DNA from: Nageia nagi
Lineage: Eukaryota > Plantae > Pinophyta
Direction: 5' to 3'
DNA length: 64,000 nt
Assembly (NCBI GenBank): GCA_050084985.1
Contig: JBITNC010000001.1
Span: 72,788,001-72,852,000 of the forward strand
The notes below the pieces were generated by a model. That model was not told the origin of the DNA, did no database searches, and saw only the letters and a list, made by a program, of their open reading frames with translations. Positions 39,110-51,796 of this stretch are shown piece after piece (within the stretch, counting starts at the first letter, position 1; each line of letters begins with the position of its first letter). The translations under genes and the position numbers were made by a program.

Positions 39110-40380
39110 AATATAGTATGGATGCTAGTTATAGCATCATCCATAAAATATGATCTAATATAAACAACTTACTTATTGATGCATCATAGTTTATCTTTTA
39201 AGTGGTGAACTCTCACTAGTATGTCAGTGGCCTTTAGTGATCATACATTTGTGTGTTAGAACTAGAAGATTATGCTTGGATTAGTTCAAGAAAAAACCAT
39301 GTGGAACATAGCAAAATGTGTCATCTATTAGAGATTGTCCAATGTCAACAAATTACTTTAGCTATATCATTGATTTACTTTTAGTGAGTGAACTCTATCT
39401 AGCCATGTCATGGCCATTGATGATCATACATTATTGCTATACTAAAGATGTATGATTAGATAGTTCAAAGTAAAAACATATGGATAACAACAAAATGCAT
39501 CATCCTTTGGAATGATCCAATATCAACAAATTGCTCATACTATATCATCAGTTTACTTTTAAGTGAGTGAACTCTTACCAGCCATGTCGATGGCCATTAG
39601 TGATCACACATTTTATGTCTATATCTAAATATATAATGCTTTAATAGTTCAAAGAAAGAACATATGGATACATAGCAAAAGTGCATCATCCATTGAAGAG
39701 AGCATGTCAACAAATTGCTTACAACTATATCACCATTGAAGAATGCTCTTAGTTGTACTGTAGTTTACTTTTAAATGAGTGAACTCTCACTAGCCATGTC
39801 GTGGCCATAATGATCATACATTTATATGTCTATGATGTAATATAGTATGATTTAGATAAGTTCAAATAATAACCATATGGATACACAACAAAATGCATCA
39901 TCCATTAGAGATGAGCCAATATCAACAAATTTCTCACAGTTGTATCATTGATTTACTTTAAAGTGAGTGAACTCTTACTAGCCATGTCGATGGCCATCGA
40001 TGATCACATGTTTATATGTCTAAAAATTAAAGATAGAATGTTTTGGATAGGTTCAAATAAATAATCATATGGAACACAACAAAATGCATCATCCATTGAA
40101 GATGAGCTAATGTCAACAAATTGCTTATGGCTATATCACATTTACTTTTAAGTGAGTGAACTCTCACACATATGTCTATGTTTGGAGATAATATGCTTTG
40201 GTTAGGTTCAAAGTAAGAACCATATGGATACATAGAAAAATACATCATCCATTAGATATGATCCAATATCAACAAATTTCTCATGATTGTATCATCAATT
40301 ACTTTTAAGTGAGTGTACTCTCACTAGCTATGTTGATGGCCATGAATGATCATACATTTATTTGTCTATGATGTGAAGAT
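39110..40380. repeat. Tandem array, about 190-bp unit, 7 copies, in the 3' region of A'
   Basis: GAGTGAACTC-like anchor at about 39203, 39386, 39565, 39777, 39965, 40154 and 40311. Confidence 0.92.
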
Positions 40381-42169
40381 ATTAGGCATTTGTAGCAAGG
40401 ATGAAATAATTATAATATGCTGATTTGAATTGGTAGAATATCCTATGCCAAATTTTCTCTCATGGGGGACCATACTAAATATTTTATTATATTCTCCTAA
40501 CACTATGTTGTTGAATAATTATTCATGGATAGATAATGGAAGCATAGAAGGAGACTCCTAAAAAATACCTAATATTGAAACTTGTAATGGTCTAGAAACT
40601 TGAATTTTCTTAATTTATACAAAGGAAGTATGCAACAGCACCCTAAAATTAATCAATGTACATTTTTAACACCATAGTATTCTTTGAATTTTGCTAAAAT
40701 AAATTTATTTTGGCTTCTATTAGTCAAAATCTATTAATTCATCATATTTGCAGCTAAATATGAAATTTACCCTTAGCTAAATCTAAAAAAGGGGGTAAAG
40801 GAAGCCATCTTATCACATTTGTGAAATCCAAATCCACCATATTATCATTCAACACATGAAGGAGAATAGAGTTGTTCAAAGCTGTGAGAAATGTAACACA
40901 GAATGTAGAGTGAAGTCTAGAAGGGGAGATAATACCCCTTCGATCTATGTATTTCTCCATGTCAACTGTAGGTCATGCAAGAGATGTTAATTTATTCACT
41001 TAGCATGCATCAATTCCTATTAACAAGTATTAATCTTTCCAAAGTGAAATTAGCATAGTTAATAACATCAAATAAAAATATAATACATGTACCTAATGAT
41101 GAAAGCATAATTGTTGTATTAGTCCTCATGCCAAGAATTCACCATTAAGGTGAAGTACAAGAGGGTGTTTAATTTTTTATTAACTCATGCATTGATACAC
41201 CATCAGTGCTTTAATGATAGTACACCACCAACATCATGAAATAAGTGGAGCAAACCATCCAATTAAGCAATGGCTTCATATGTCACCAAATTTTGCAAGT
41301 ATCATGGACATGTGGCTACCTAGGAGCAACCTTGTTGAAGATAGAATTTACGTTACCAAGTGGTTAAGATCAAGTATTCATAATCTAATTTTTTATTTGT
41401 ATATCATAGATAAGTATCCACTATCATATAAAAAGCTAGCAATTGATGGAAATGAAAAGGGCATATTGGAAACTCACCTAAATAGCAAATTAGAATATCG
41501 TTGGTGCCCTAAACTCAATATAACTTTTAATGAAAAATGCAAATGAAGAAAAATTTACTTGATACATGTGGGCATCATTCAAATAAATTTTGAGCATAAA
41601 TTAGATCCAACATCCATCAATAGAACATACAACTCAAAGAAATGGATGCCATCAATGCCATGCAAATGGTAATTTTTATGCTTAAGAAATAATGGGAGGG
41701 ATTTAAATTTTTGCAAGGAAAATGAGACCTCTACATAAAGATTCAGAATTTGTATGCATAAAAAGAGGCAATGCCCTAATCTAAGGCCCTAAAGTCAAAT
41801 TATAAAATCAAAATTTTCAATCAACTCACACCCTTTCCATTTGGAGCACTGAGGAGGAAACATCAACTTTATCCTAGACCTAGCTAAATTTGCCACCCTA
41901 CTACCAATGTTGTATGGTTAAAGTTCCCCTTGCACCCATACTTTATGCATACTGATTGGGAGGTAATTTAATAGTGATGGATACCATCAAATGGAGAGGT
42001 ATCCATAAACTAATTATAGGGAGGATAGGTCATTTAGTAGAGTATCTCTGTAGTATACCATTCCAGCATGTGGTAAGTACACATGAATTTGATGTGTTAT
42101 ATTTTTTATTATTAAAGCAGGTAGAGGATGGACTAACAAACGAAATGGTATCTTGCAAGATTACAAGGG

Positions 42170-43860
42170 GTTGATCTAAGGTGGGCCTATGAGGACCATA
42201 GCTTTAGATTTACCCAAAATTTCCAAAAAATTAGTAATTGAATGACATTTTAGAATGATGTGGGTTAGGGGATCTTACTTATGTAGGACATTTACCTCAC
42301 CATCGATGAGATGATAGTGACTCTGGAGGATGTGTATTGGATATGGGGTATACCCATCAAGGGTGGGTTAGTGTGGCAACATAAGATGGGGGATGATAAC
42401 ATGCAAGAAGTAGAGTGTTTATGGTTGATCAAATCATATGACCATGATTGGGATCACCTATCGATGAGAATTGTAGAAAGCTATAGGTATGCTGGAGTGG
42501 GGAGGCACCTAAGGATGCATGTGGTGACTACTATTACCACCTATATATTTCTTGACAAAAGCCATTCAATTTATCTCTTAGGATGACATGGATAGTGCAA
42601 GAGATATGTGATCAAGGGTGATAGTTTGCATGAGGGCTAGTAGTACTAACATAGCTTTATAGAGATTTGTACACATTCATTAATGTTGACAAGGTCAATG
42701 TGATTATTGCTCATGTTGGCTTCCTATAAGTCTAGGTATATGAGCATATAGTAGTGGTGAGGTTGATCAGCTCCAAAGAGCTAGAGATGACCTATTAGAT
42801 ATAGCCTTGGTTTGTTTGATGGGTCCACTTGGTGGGTACAGGCCATTGTAGTCCATGGAGGCATAGAGGACATAGATGGATGGCCTATAGGAGGCTGATA
42901 TAGTATGGATATGCTATGTAGACTATGTATGGCATGATGATGCACACCATTTGGTATGGGTAAGACAATCCCATTTCTTCTAGATTCGATGGAAGATTAT
43001 GGAGTCATCATCTAGATGATGTGCTAAGACATTTTGGGGTATTACAACTTATTCCAATTATACCCCTAGTATATCAAAGATATCATGTAAATCAAGATGT
43101 ACTTATTGATCCTATGGATAGCTAGGTGGGAAGAGCCATAGAATCTAGATGCCCTAGTAGATGTGATGTAGGTACCAAGGGTTTCCCCTGGCTATGCATG
43201 ATGGTGGGTAGGAGTGTGCTTAAGCCCATTGGGCTTGGATGAAGTAGAGAGTGGTAGTGATGGTGAGGTTGCGAGCCAAGTATCTAAGAAGGAGGATTAG
43301 ATGCATGTGGATAATGCAATCCATGATGGGTCCCCACCAATAAGGGATCTTCAAGTATTAGCAATAGTTGTTCCCACCCCAAGTAAGAAAGACTCAACTC
43401 ATAGCTTTATGATTTTCAAATAAAATGGCTAATGGGATACTAAAAAGTATCGTTTTTGATATGATATATAATGTAGATATTCAAGTAGATGCCTTGGAGG
43501 TAGAGTTGGCCACAATGAAGGCCACACTAGTGGTGAGAGATGCAAAGGTTGCTTCACTATCATAGATAGTGAAGAGCCTCTAAGATAGGCTCATGATGCC
43601 CCCACTACATTAGTAGTGGGCTTTTATATAGAGTTAGCATGATCAAATTGTAGCATAGGCCTAAGAGATATCCAAGCTATAGGCCAAGTATGCAAGGGCC
43701 AAGATCCTCTTAGAGACTCATGGACTCATGGCTAGTGGTATCTTAGGTGGAGTCTCTATCTTGGGTGTGAGTGTAGGCAGTGTAAGGAGGGTACACTCAA
43801 GGAGTGATGCCTCTAGTAGTGGGGCTAGTGTCCACCCATAGAGGTGGAGGATGTAGGTTC
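42170..43860 (+). pseudogene. Plant Mobile Domain (PMD, aminotransferase-like, MAIN/MAIL-related) ORF antisense to gag, disrupted
   Basis: EMIVTLEDVYWIWGIPIKG; FA*GLVVLT*LYRDL (yaWGxavLAxLYRxL); L*V*VYEHI (LQvWayE); IVWICY; HHLD.VLRHFG (DRVLRQFG); YA*WW, all in PMD order. Confidence 0.85.
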
Positions 43861-44717
43861 ATGGCCATGTATATCTATTTTGTATAGAATTTTGACTCCA
43901 AGATACATATATATGATTCATTATTTTGTGGACTCAATATGCTTTGTTGTTTATTTTTGTGTTATATTTAGATGGTTGTCATTGGACACATGCACAAGCA
44001 TAATGAACCCTAAAAACTAACTCACTAATAGTAAAACATGTTAAATACACACATATTATGTTATGTACAACTAATAACAATCATAACATAGGCACACAAA
44101 CTAACATGACACATAATTGAAGGAACCAAAGGTACCTTGGAGAAACCTATAAAGGAAATGAGGGTGTGTATGAGCATATATGTCATGGCACAAACACCTA
44201 GATCAATCTAGAGGCTAAGACACATGTGTAGAATGATAAAAAGTAAAGTTTTTCTATCTTAGGAAAACCACAATGTGGGTGCCCCAAAATAGTGATAAAA
44301 GGGCATAGAATTATATAAAAGATGCATTGGATCCCATTATTATGTACATAGAGGGAAATAATAGATATAAATCAAACAAATTATGAGACTAGTGTATGCA
44401 TGGAATAGGAAAGAAAAAAGACACAAAAATACCCTACTACTAATATACATTGATTATGATGTTCGAAATAGATCAAGGAATAACCTTATGTAATGGGGCA
44501 TTTTTTGCCACCCAAATACACTTCACAAAGGTAGGAATAAAAAGAGGCACTTTTTAGTAGTCATCTCTACACCTTGCATCCTAAAAGCAAAATTCATGCT
44601 ATTGGCATCACACCATTTGATTTTGTTCTTATTCCTATTTGAGAAGGATGCCTATATGCATAGTGTTACCCAAATAAAATGTATATTATAGGAAAACACT
44701 ATTGTACAGATGCACCC

Positions 44718-46822
44718 TTAAGATTGTGAAAAGGTAGGGATTATTGAATACCCTGGTTATGCATTATCTGGATGTACAAGTCCTATATGTGCAACTAGGT
44801 TTGGATCCATCCTAATTGTTCCATTATTAATGAAATTTTATAAGGTTATGAAGATTCTTTCAATCCTTGGGTTAGATGACTAGGTACCCTAAGATAATTG
44901 TAAATTTTCATAATGAAAATTTTTAGGCACACCATTAGTAAACTTAGGTTCAACAATAGAGGAAAATTCAAGCAGTTCCTCATCTAATAGTACATTTATA
45001 ATATTATCAAACTATCAACAAAGGAGTATATTAGAAGTTGTTTGGGTGGAGAACTACTTCATTTTTACTTGCAGCATGATTTTCTTCAACCTTGGTTTGA
45101 TTTTCAATAATAGGTTTTGCAAGTGAAGCATAATCAACATATTTCATAGCACTCAATTTTCTAATGCATGGTTCCTTTTAGTAACAGTGTTAATCATATT
45201 GCATAAAGACATATCATGATTAGAAATGACAAATAGCTTATATATAGGTAAGATACCATCAAAAAAATATGCTTGAGTTTTGTTCATCCATGGTGAGTTT
45301 ATTAGCAGTTTATTTTCATACATTCACAAAATCCTTCATTAATTGATTAGGAAGTTTTTAATTTTATACAAGTCCTTAAGATAAAGCTTTTATAATGTTA
45401 TAACCATAATCATGCAAAAAGATGCTAATCAAATCCTCATACCTATTAATGCTCCTTTGGAATTGAAGTACCATTTTTTAGCCTCATCCTTCAAACTATA
45501 AGAAAATAACTTAGCCAACAAATCATTGGTCATGCATATATTCAAGATCTTCATGAAATTTACGAACATGCATCCTAGATGTATCTTGGGAATTGACCCC
45601 AAAGGGATTATTTTGGAAAAACTTCTAGTAGTGAGAGGTCTTTTTAAACATGAAATGAAATAATTTCATCATTCATAATGATGTTAGGTCCTACATTGGT
45701 CTTTGGGGATGGTGGTGGGCGAGGAGTAGGTTTTGTATATTTGTTTGGTGTATGAGTGGAGTATTATTCAAAATAGTAAACTCAATAGTATGATTAATTC
45801 TATCCTTCTCAAGTTCATGCAATACCCCCACTAAGGTTTCTAATTGCATATATGGGGATACTTCGAATCAATCAGTATCTCTTCTATATCCATAAGAGTA
45901 CCTATTTTAATAACATGTTCTATTGTGGTCCAACCTAGTTGTTGTTGATAGGCTTCCCTAATGACATCATGGAGTGTATTTTAACAAGATTTAATTTTCA
46001 TCATGATGGTAAATGGCCTTACCTTGGGATCTCTTCACCTTTTTTGAAATGCTTGGGATTGAGGATGAGATCACTATAATCATCATCATGGGAATCATTC
46101 TCTTCATGGAGTTTTACAATAGTAATTAGCTTGCTTAATGCCCTTATTGGTTGCAAAATCAATCTAACTCAAGAAACATACATCCTACCACTGTGCTCAT
46201 AGTCAAACATGTCATCAATGCATTCTCATAATCCAATCTTAGATCTAGTGTCTCTAGAATAGGAAGTACATGTCTTGAAGATCTTATATAAATTAATAAA
46301 CTATATTCAAACTCTACTGGTTAAATGAATCCTCAATGACATTAGTCCCTTTAGCAACTCAAACACTAAAGGAGTATTATTTTTGATAAAAAATGAATTT
46401 TTATGGATCTAATAACACTTGCTGAATATACCTAGCAAAGGAGGGACCTTATCAAGTTTAGAATATCATTCTCATTTTGATCTTTGTGGATTCTAATATG
46501 TTATCAAAATTTGAGGGATTGATATTAGCATATGCAGGAGGAGTCTCACCTATAATATTCATCCTATTACTAGAACCAAAACTAGAGGATTTAGGATCCA
46601 AATAGTATTAGGAGGAGGTGCTTGAATGAATAATTCCATATTTGTTCAAAAACATTATCCTAATTTTAGAAAAAATAATCTTATACTTTGATATTTAGGG
46701 TTTTTTGTGTCAAGATCCATCTTAGGGATATAAGTAGAACAAACTGAAGTTTTATCTTGCTCTTTGCCTATGATTTAGAGCACTTCCTCTTTGGGGAGGA
46801 ATAGTAATGAAAGAGGATTCAT
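44718..46822 (-). pseudogene. gag: Ogre/Tat-type gag of A', disrupted
   Basis: LAKLFSYSLKDEAKKWYF and the knuckle/C-terminus are colinear with 3632-5680; ends at the same TAA (44718-44720). Confidence 0.82.
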
Positions 46823-46869
46823 GACATTACAAAAGGATTTTTCCCTAGATGAAGACCTAGGTGTGTAAG

Positions 46870-46885
46870 AACATTAGGTTCACAA
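46870..46885 (-). promoter_or_regulatory. Primer-binding site, tRNA-Trp-like (degenerate)
   Basis: Minus strand TTGTGAACCTAATGTT versus TGGTGAACCCGACGTG; the internal differences are CpG decay. Confidence 0.65.
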
Positions 46886-46887
46886 GA

Positions 46888-47564
46888 TTTAGACTCTAAA
46901 TAATGCAAATTAATTTTTATTGGGGTTCATTATTACATTATTTGATCTATTTGTTTATTGACATAATGTAGTAATATGACAACATATGATTAATCACATA
47001 GTTCATTTCATTAACATGCATATCCAATTGATTAAGGAAAGACACCATCAAGAACAAGCAATATAACATACATAAGTATGATGTTGGCATCTGATAATAG
47101 TATGTTGCCAATGCCGTGTAATAGAGTGAATCAAGAGTGCAATGAAAAATAAAATGAAAAGAAAATAAATGATTTATCAATATAACAAAAGTATGATAAT
47201 GTTTGAGATAAGAAATTCACTTATTATAGATAATAAGCCTTTTGCAAAGGTTTACTTTACAAATGATGTTCGATTCCTTGATTCTCTATCCAATCTTCAT
47301 TTGATAGAGGCCTTGGGTCTTATGTAATTTGCCCCTTATCTAATCTCCTTCTAATGATAATCCCATCATTCATCTTTGTATGTCTTTAATGCCTTTATAT
47401 AGGTATGCTTCTATTATAGGATTTGACCCCTTATACATGCTACAAGGGTCAAATACATGGCCAAAACCTTTCTTTAACATTTTTAATCCCTTTTTAAATG
47501 ATACATTGTTAAAGGATTAAAATGATTTATTAAATACATAAAGGTTCATTTTGAGGCATCTACA
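46888..47564 (-). repeat. 5' LTR of A' (677 bp)
   Basis: Direct repeat of 37944-38618; TATA-like TATATAAAGGC on the minus strand at 47391-47401. Confidence 0.95.
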
Positions 47565-47569
47565 CAAGG

Positions 47570-48400
47570 AGAGGATGTTTTCATCCAAATAGCCATACAA
47601 GCCTTTATCATAATTCAATTTTCAAATAAGTTATCATGATTTTGTCGATCCAAACCTTGCAAGATCCCAATAGAATTACAAATTTGTATGAAAATTTGAT
47701 GTCCAAAAGTTTCAATAAGAATAATATACAGATTGATCTAGATTAGATAGCCTTCATCTTTCTGAACCAACTGTTGAAACCAAGTTTTCAAGGGCATATC
47801 AAGATATCGTACTAATCATAAAACCATTTAATGTTTTTTTAAGAACTTGATCATGTATCTCTTGATCCTAGAATCGAACTATGAAAAATTTATTTAAGCC
47901 AATGTGACTACATCCTTAACCCACATGGTCATAGCTAGCTATACTAGATGCTCTAAATTTGATCATCTTCCCCATATTTTATATATGATGGATGTTTTTT
48001 ACAAAGGATATCCACCATATTTTAGATCACTATCCTCCAAAATTACCTTGAGAGGAGGGGCATTAATGAAGGATGATGTTCATATCCTAGGGTCTGCATT
48101 TGCTTCATCTTGGGTATCACTCCCATTCCTTGCATCTTCCCTTGTCAATCTAGGTCATCATACTTATATTGGCCATATTTGTTATCAAATTTCACATAGC
48201 CCTCACCTTAGATATGCTCCTAATTCATGCTACAGTCGCTTGTGCTTTTGATTTTCTCTCAAATCTAGTGCTACTACTTTAACTATATTTATGCATATTA
48301 TCTAATAATTACTTATTATGTTGATTTTTGACTAAATTATCATTAGTAATTACTCTAAACATCTACATAACCCTAATTATCTAGTATAATTTTACTTAGT
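47570..48400 (+). mobile_element. Degenerate chromovirus-like Ty3 integrase end, PPT and LTR remnant (host of A', right part)
   Basis: FQG.Y (GPY/F-like) at about 47785; ORF ending ...LRGGALM over the purine tract GAGAGGAGGGG, followed by TGAAGG at about 48067. Confidence 0.35.
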
Positions 48401-48681
48401 TACCTCTACACTAACTTAGAAAAATGGACCAATATATCCATATATACCATACACTTTAACAAACATTAACAAAATATTTTTTTCTACTTTAAATTCCATC
48501 TAAGGTCTTCTATCATACTTTTTACTCATAAATATATTCTAAAATCAAATACATTCATAATTAGTATATGCTCTCATATTCAAAACTCTAATAATTCAAT
48601 TTATATATTTATATAATTTTTAATTTCATTTACCAATATTATTTGTTGATATTATGCAATTATCTATGATCCATATTTCTC

Positions 48682-48900
48682 TTTTTTTATCATTTAAAAT
48701 ACTTGGGCTATGAGCCTACGATTGAGGGGCATCCACACCATAAAAATCCATCAAGGGTATGCTCCTCTCCCCATCTGTACCTACTATAACTCAATACAAG
48801 TTTTGATACCAAGCATGTGAGGAGGAGAGATTTGATCTTGGGGCCTCTCTTTTTGAGAGTTTAAATAACTCACTTTCTCACCAACTCCCTCACAACTACC
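48682..48900 (-). mobile_element. tRNA-derived SINE-like element with an embedded iMet-PBS-like motif
   Basis: Minus strand: box-A-like AGTTGGT; box-B-like GAGGCCCCAAGATCAAATCTC; TGGTATCAAAAC; tail GATAAAAAAA. Confidence 0.5.
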
Positions 48901-49009
48901 AATATTAAAAATGTACCAATCAATGATAGTAATATCTTTTACATCATAAATAATAGTGATATCATTAAAATATTACCCTTTAACATAATGAAATAGAACT
49001 TTCAAAGAA

Positions 49010-49082
49010 TGCAGTGAGCATGGATCGAATACTTGACCTTTAGATCTTTAGTATGATGCTCTCCCAACTGAGCTATCCTAGT
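49010..49082 (-). pseudogene. tRNA-Phe pseudogene (GAA anticodon mutated to AAA)
   Basis: ACTAGGATAGCTCAGTTGGGAGAGCATCATACTAAAGATCTAAAGGTCAAGTATTCGATCCATGCTCACTGCA matches the recalled plant cytosolic tRNA-Phe(GAA) at 61/73 positions; stems disrupted. Confidence 0.9.
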
Positions 49083-51648
49083 TAATGTGACAAAAGGTGA
49101 TAAAACATTTTAATTAACATAATATTCATCTCATTTAGATAAATAATGGAGGTTTACATGAAAAAAGGTAAGTGGCATATTTTTTCCTCTTCTTATTAGG
49201 AAACATATAACTAATTTCCTTCATACTTTTTAGATATTAAAATTTTTGAAAGGTAGATGTTTAAATGTATTTTATTTTTTCAATTTTCATATATTTTAGA
49301 TTGGATTGATTTAGATACTTTTCTCTTGGTGTTGATTTTATTTGTTGATATTGTTATTTTATTATTATAGATTTGCTATTTTCTATTATATTTTAATAAT
49401 TTGGAAATAGTTTCTATTAATGTTTTTCCACTATTGATATCATATTAAAAATATAATTTACTTATTTATATATTGTAGTTTGTATATTAGATCGTTTGTC
49501 AATTATCTTGATTTTAGGATTTGACCATGTATTTTTAAGTTAATAATATCCTTGTTGATATAAAAATCCCTTCTTTTAATCTCGTTTCATAAGAGGGACC
49601 ACTAATAAAATGGAATTTCTTTGACACCCTCAAAAAAGGCTTCAAGGTAGCTAAAAAACCTAGAGGTGAAATTGAAGAAAAATTTGAAAAAATTCAAGAG
49701 TATACCATATTTTAAAACCAAGACCATGATCTACTGTAGTTTCTAATCTTATCCTAGATTGTATCACATTTATATCCCATAATTGTATTTTGAGGTGGGT
49801 ATTGACATTGTTGCCATAACTAAGTATCTAACCTTATTTGATTTTACTATGTATTACTCTGGTTTTCTCTTAATACATCATTATGTTATTGTTATCTTTA
49901 CAAAAAATCTAGAATATATTCTTGAAAATGATGTAATTAAATAACAAGGTTAAATAATTTTAATAATAATTTTTTAACAAGTCAAACATTGTTATACACT
50001 TATTATATGGAGTATATTCTTATTACAAACATTAATATATCCATAAAACCATTATGTAGATAAATAAAAATGATTTATATATTGAATACATGTAATTATT
50101 TATCTAAAAAGACTAATTATAAATATGATATGTAGTTTTAGAATTATTTATTTATTTATGATCTAAAAAAGCACAATGCACCAAACTAGGACATCAAGCA
50201 TCACAAACCTAGGTCTAGCTCATATGTGATATGAAATAAGGATTGAGATACTTTGTACACCTATTTGAGATGAATTAATCCACCACTAAGGCCACCAAGT
50301 CTCTCCTTGAACTACACTTAAAACTCAATGTATTTGGAGGGATTGATACTTGTCTCAAAATTTTAGTAGTTATGACAAATCCTCGCGAATGATGAAATTC
50401 CTCCCTATTTGTTAGAAACTAAAATAGAAATTGGATGGAAATAAATACTTGAAAAAAATATTAAATGGATATTTTTAAGGTTTGAAAGGTTTCAAGAACT
50501 TCACACTACTAGAAAATAGGGGTTGGGAATTAGAAATAACATTAGGCCCCTTTGTAATTTTTTTTTTTAAATATTAGCCCTTGACAACATGGTTGATGTT
50601 AATGTGTGTATCCAAATCACTGGCATAATTCCCATTAAGCATTTCATTAGTGCATATCACACACACCATCAGGTATTTCATCAAAAAATCAATAAATTTT
50701 ATCACAATTTCCATCATGCATATCATTAGAGACATCATGCATATTATCAAGTATTCTATCAGAAAATTATATTTTTCATCGCTATTTCTATTAGCTATAC
50801 CATCAGGAAATATAATTAAAAAAAATTGAATTAGCATTTTTGTCAAGTATAACATCAATATTAACGTTAGGAAGGTTGAATTAAAAACAAAAATTGTATT
50901 TAAAAAAATAAATTTTTTGTAATTTTTTAATGCTTCTTTTGAAATTTTTTATATTAAATTGATTGAATATTTAAATTAACTAATTGATTATAATGAATTT
51001 TAATTTATTTATTATATTTAATTTAATTAAATAAATTTAATTGAATTGAAATTTAATTATTATTAAATTTAATAGAAGTAAAAATTTAAAACTCAACATA
51101 ATTTGTAAACACATTAAAAATACAATATATAGACACTATAATTGTATGAAAATATTTGTAATGAACATGTATAATGATCTCTATCATTAGTACTATCATA
51201 TAATCTAAAAATCCTTACTACCTTCACTATCACCTACTCTATATCGATTACTATCATATCCATGGACACTCCCATAGTTTTCTTCATTTGCCTCACCTAC
51301 CCCTTGATCAACAAGCACTCTGGAAGAACCTTGCAAGTGATAATTAAATAAATGTTAGTAAATAATCATTAATTAAAAATAATTTCATGAATATAAAATC
51401 ATAATTAAATAATTAATTAATGGCTTAGAAACTATTACAAAATAAAGATTTAATGTTATTAGTGTATATTAAAAGAAAAACTATTATCAATTTAAGTTTA
51501 ATTTTTACTAACCTAAGCCAATGTTTTTGTAACCTAATAAATATAATCTACTTAGTGAAATTTATAGTAACCTAATAAGTTTGAATTTAGTTAAATTTTT
51601 AGTGACCTAAGTCTAAAATAAGTCAAATTTTTATTGACCTAAGTCAAA

Positions 51649-51796
51649 TTTAGGGGTTAGGGTTATGGGATTTAGGGGTTAGGTTTTAATGGTTGAGGAT
51701 TATAGTTAGGTTTAAGGTAACCCTAACTAATAACCATGTATTAACCTAATCCTAACCTCTAACCCTAACCCTAATAATTACTAACCCTAACCCTAA
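51649..51796. repeat. Head-to-head telomere-like repeats (TTAGGG then CCCTAA)
   Basis: TTAGGGGTTAGGGTTA...GGTAACC...CCCTAACCCTAA. Confidence 0.85.

Larger units (their letters stand above)
37944..47564 (-). mobile_element. Element A': complete non-autonomous Tat/Ogre-like LTR retrotransposon (gag, antisense PMD, tandem array, no pol)
   Basis: Paired LTRs 37944-38618 and 46888-47564; TGTAGA...TCTACA termini; perfect 5-bp TSD CAAGG at 37939-37943 and 47565-47569; PBS and PPT in the correct positions. Confidence 0.93.

Noticed and set aside
39110-40380. Tandem array as a CRISPR-like array or hammerhead retrozyme
   Set aside because: Whole units are homologous (no unique spacers), and no CTGATGA...GAAA hammerhead core was seen in the unit consensus.
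42170-43860. Host MAIN/MAIL-like gene
   Set aside because: It lies between paired LTRs with a TSD and contains many stops; TE-borne pseudogene.
49100-50500. Possible gene or LTR in this AT-rich spacer
   Set aside because: No ORF, termini or repeat partner could be identified.
51649-51796. Ancient telomere-telomere chromosome fusion site
   Set aside because: The tract is very short, orientation flips several times nearby, and it sits inside a CACTA-like element.
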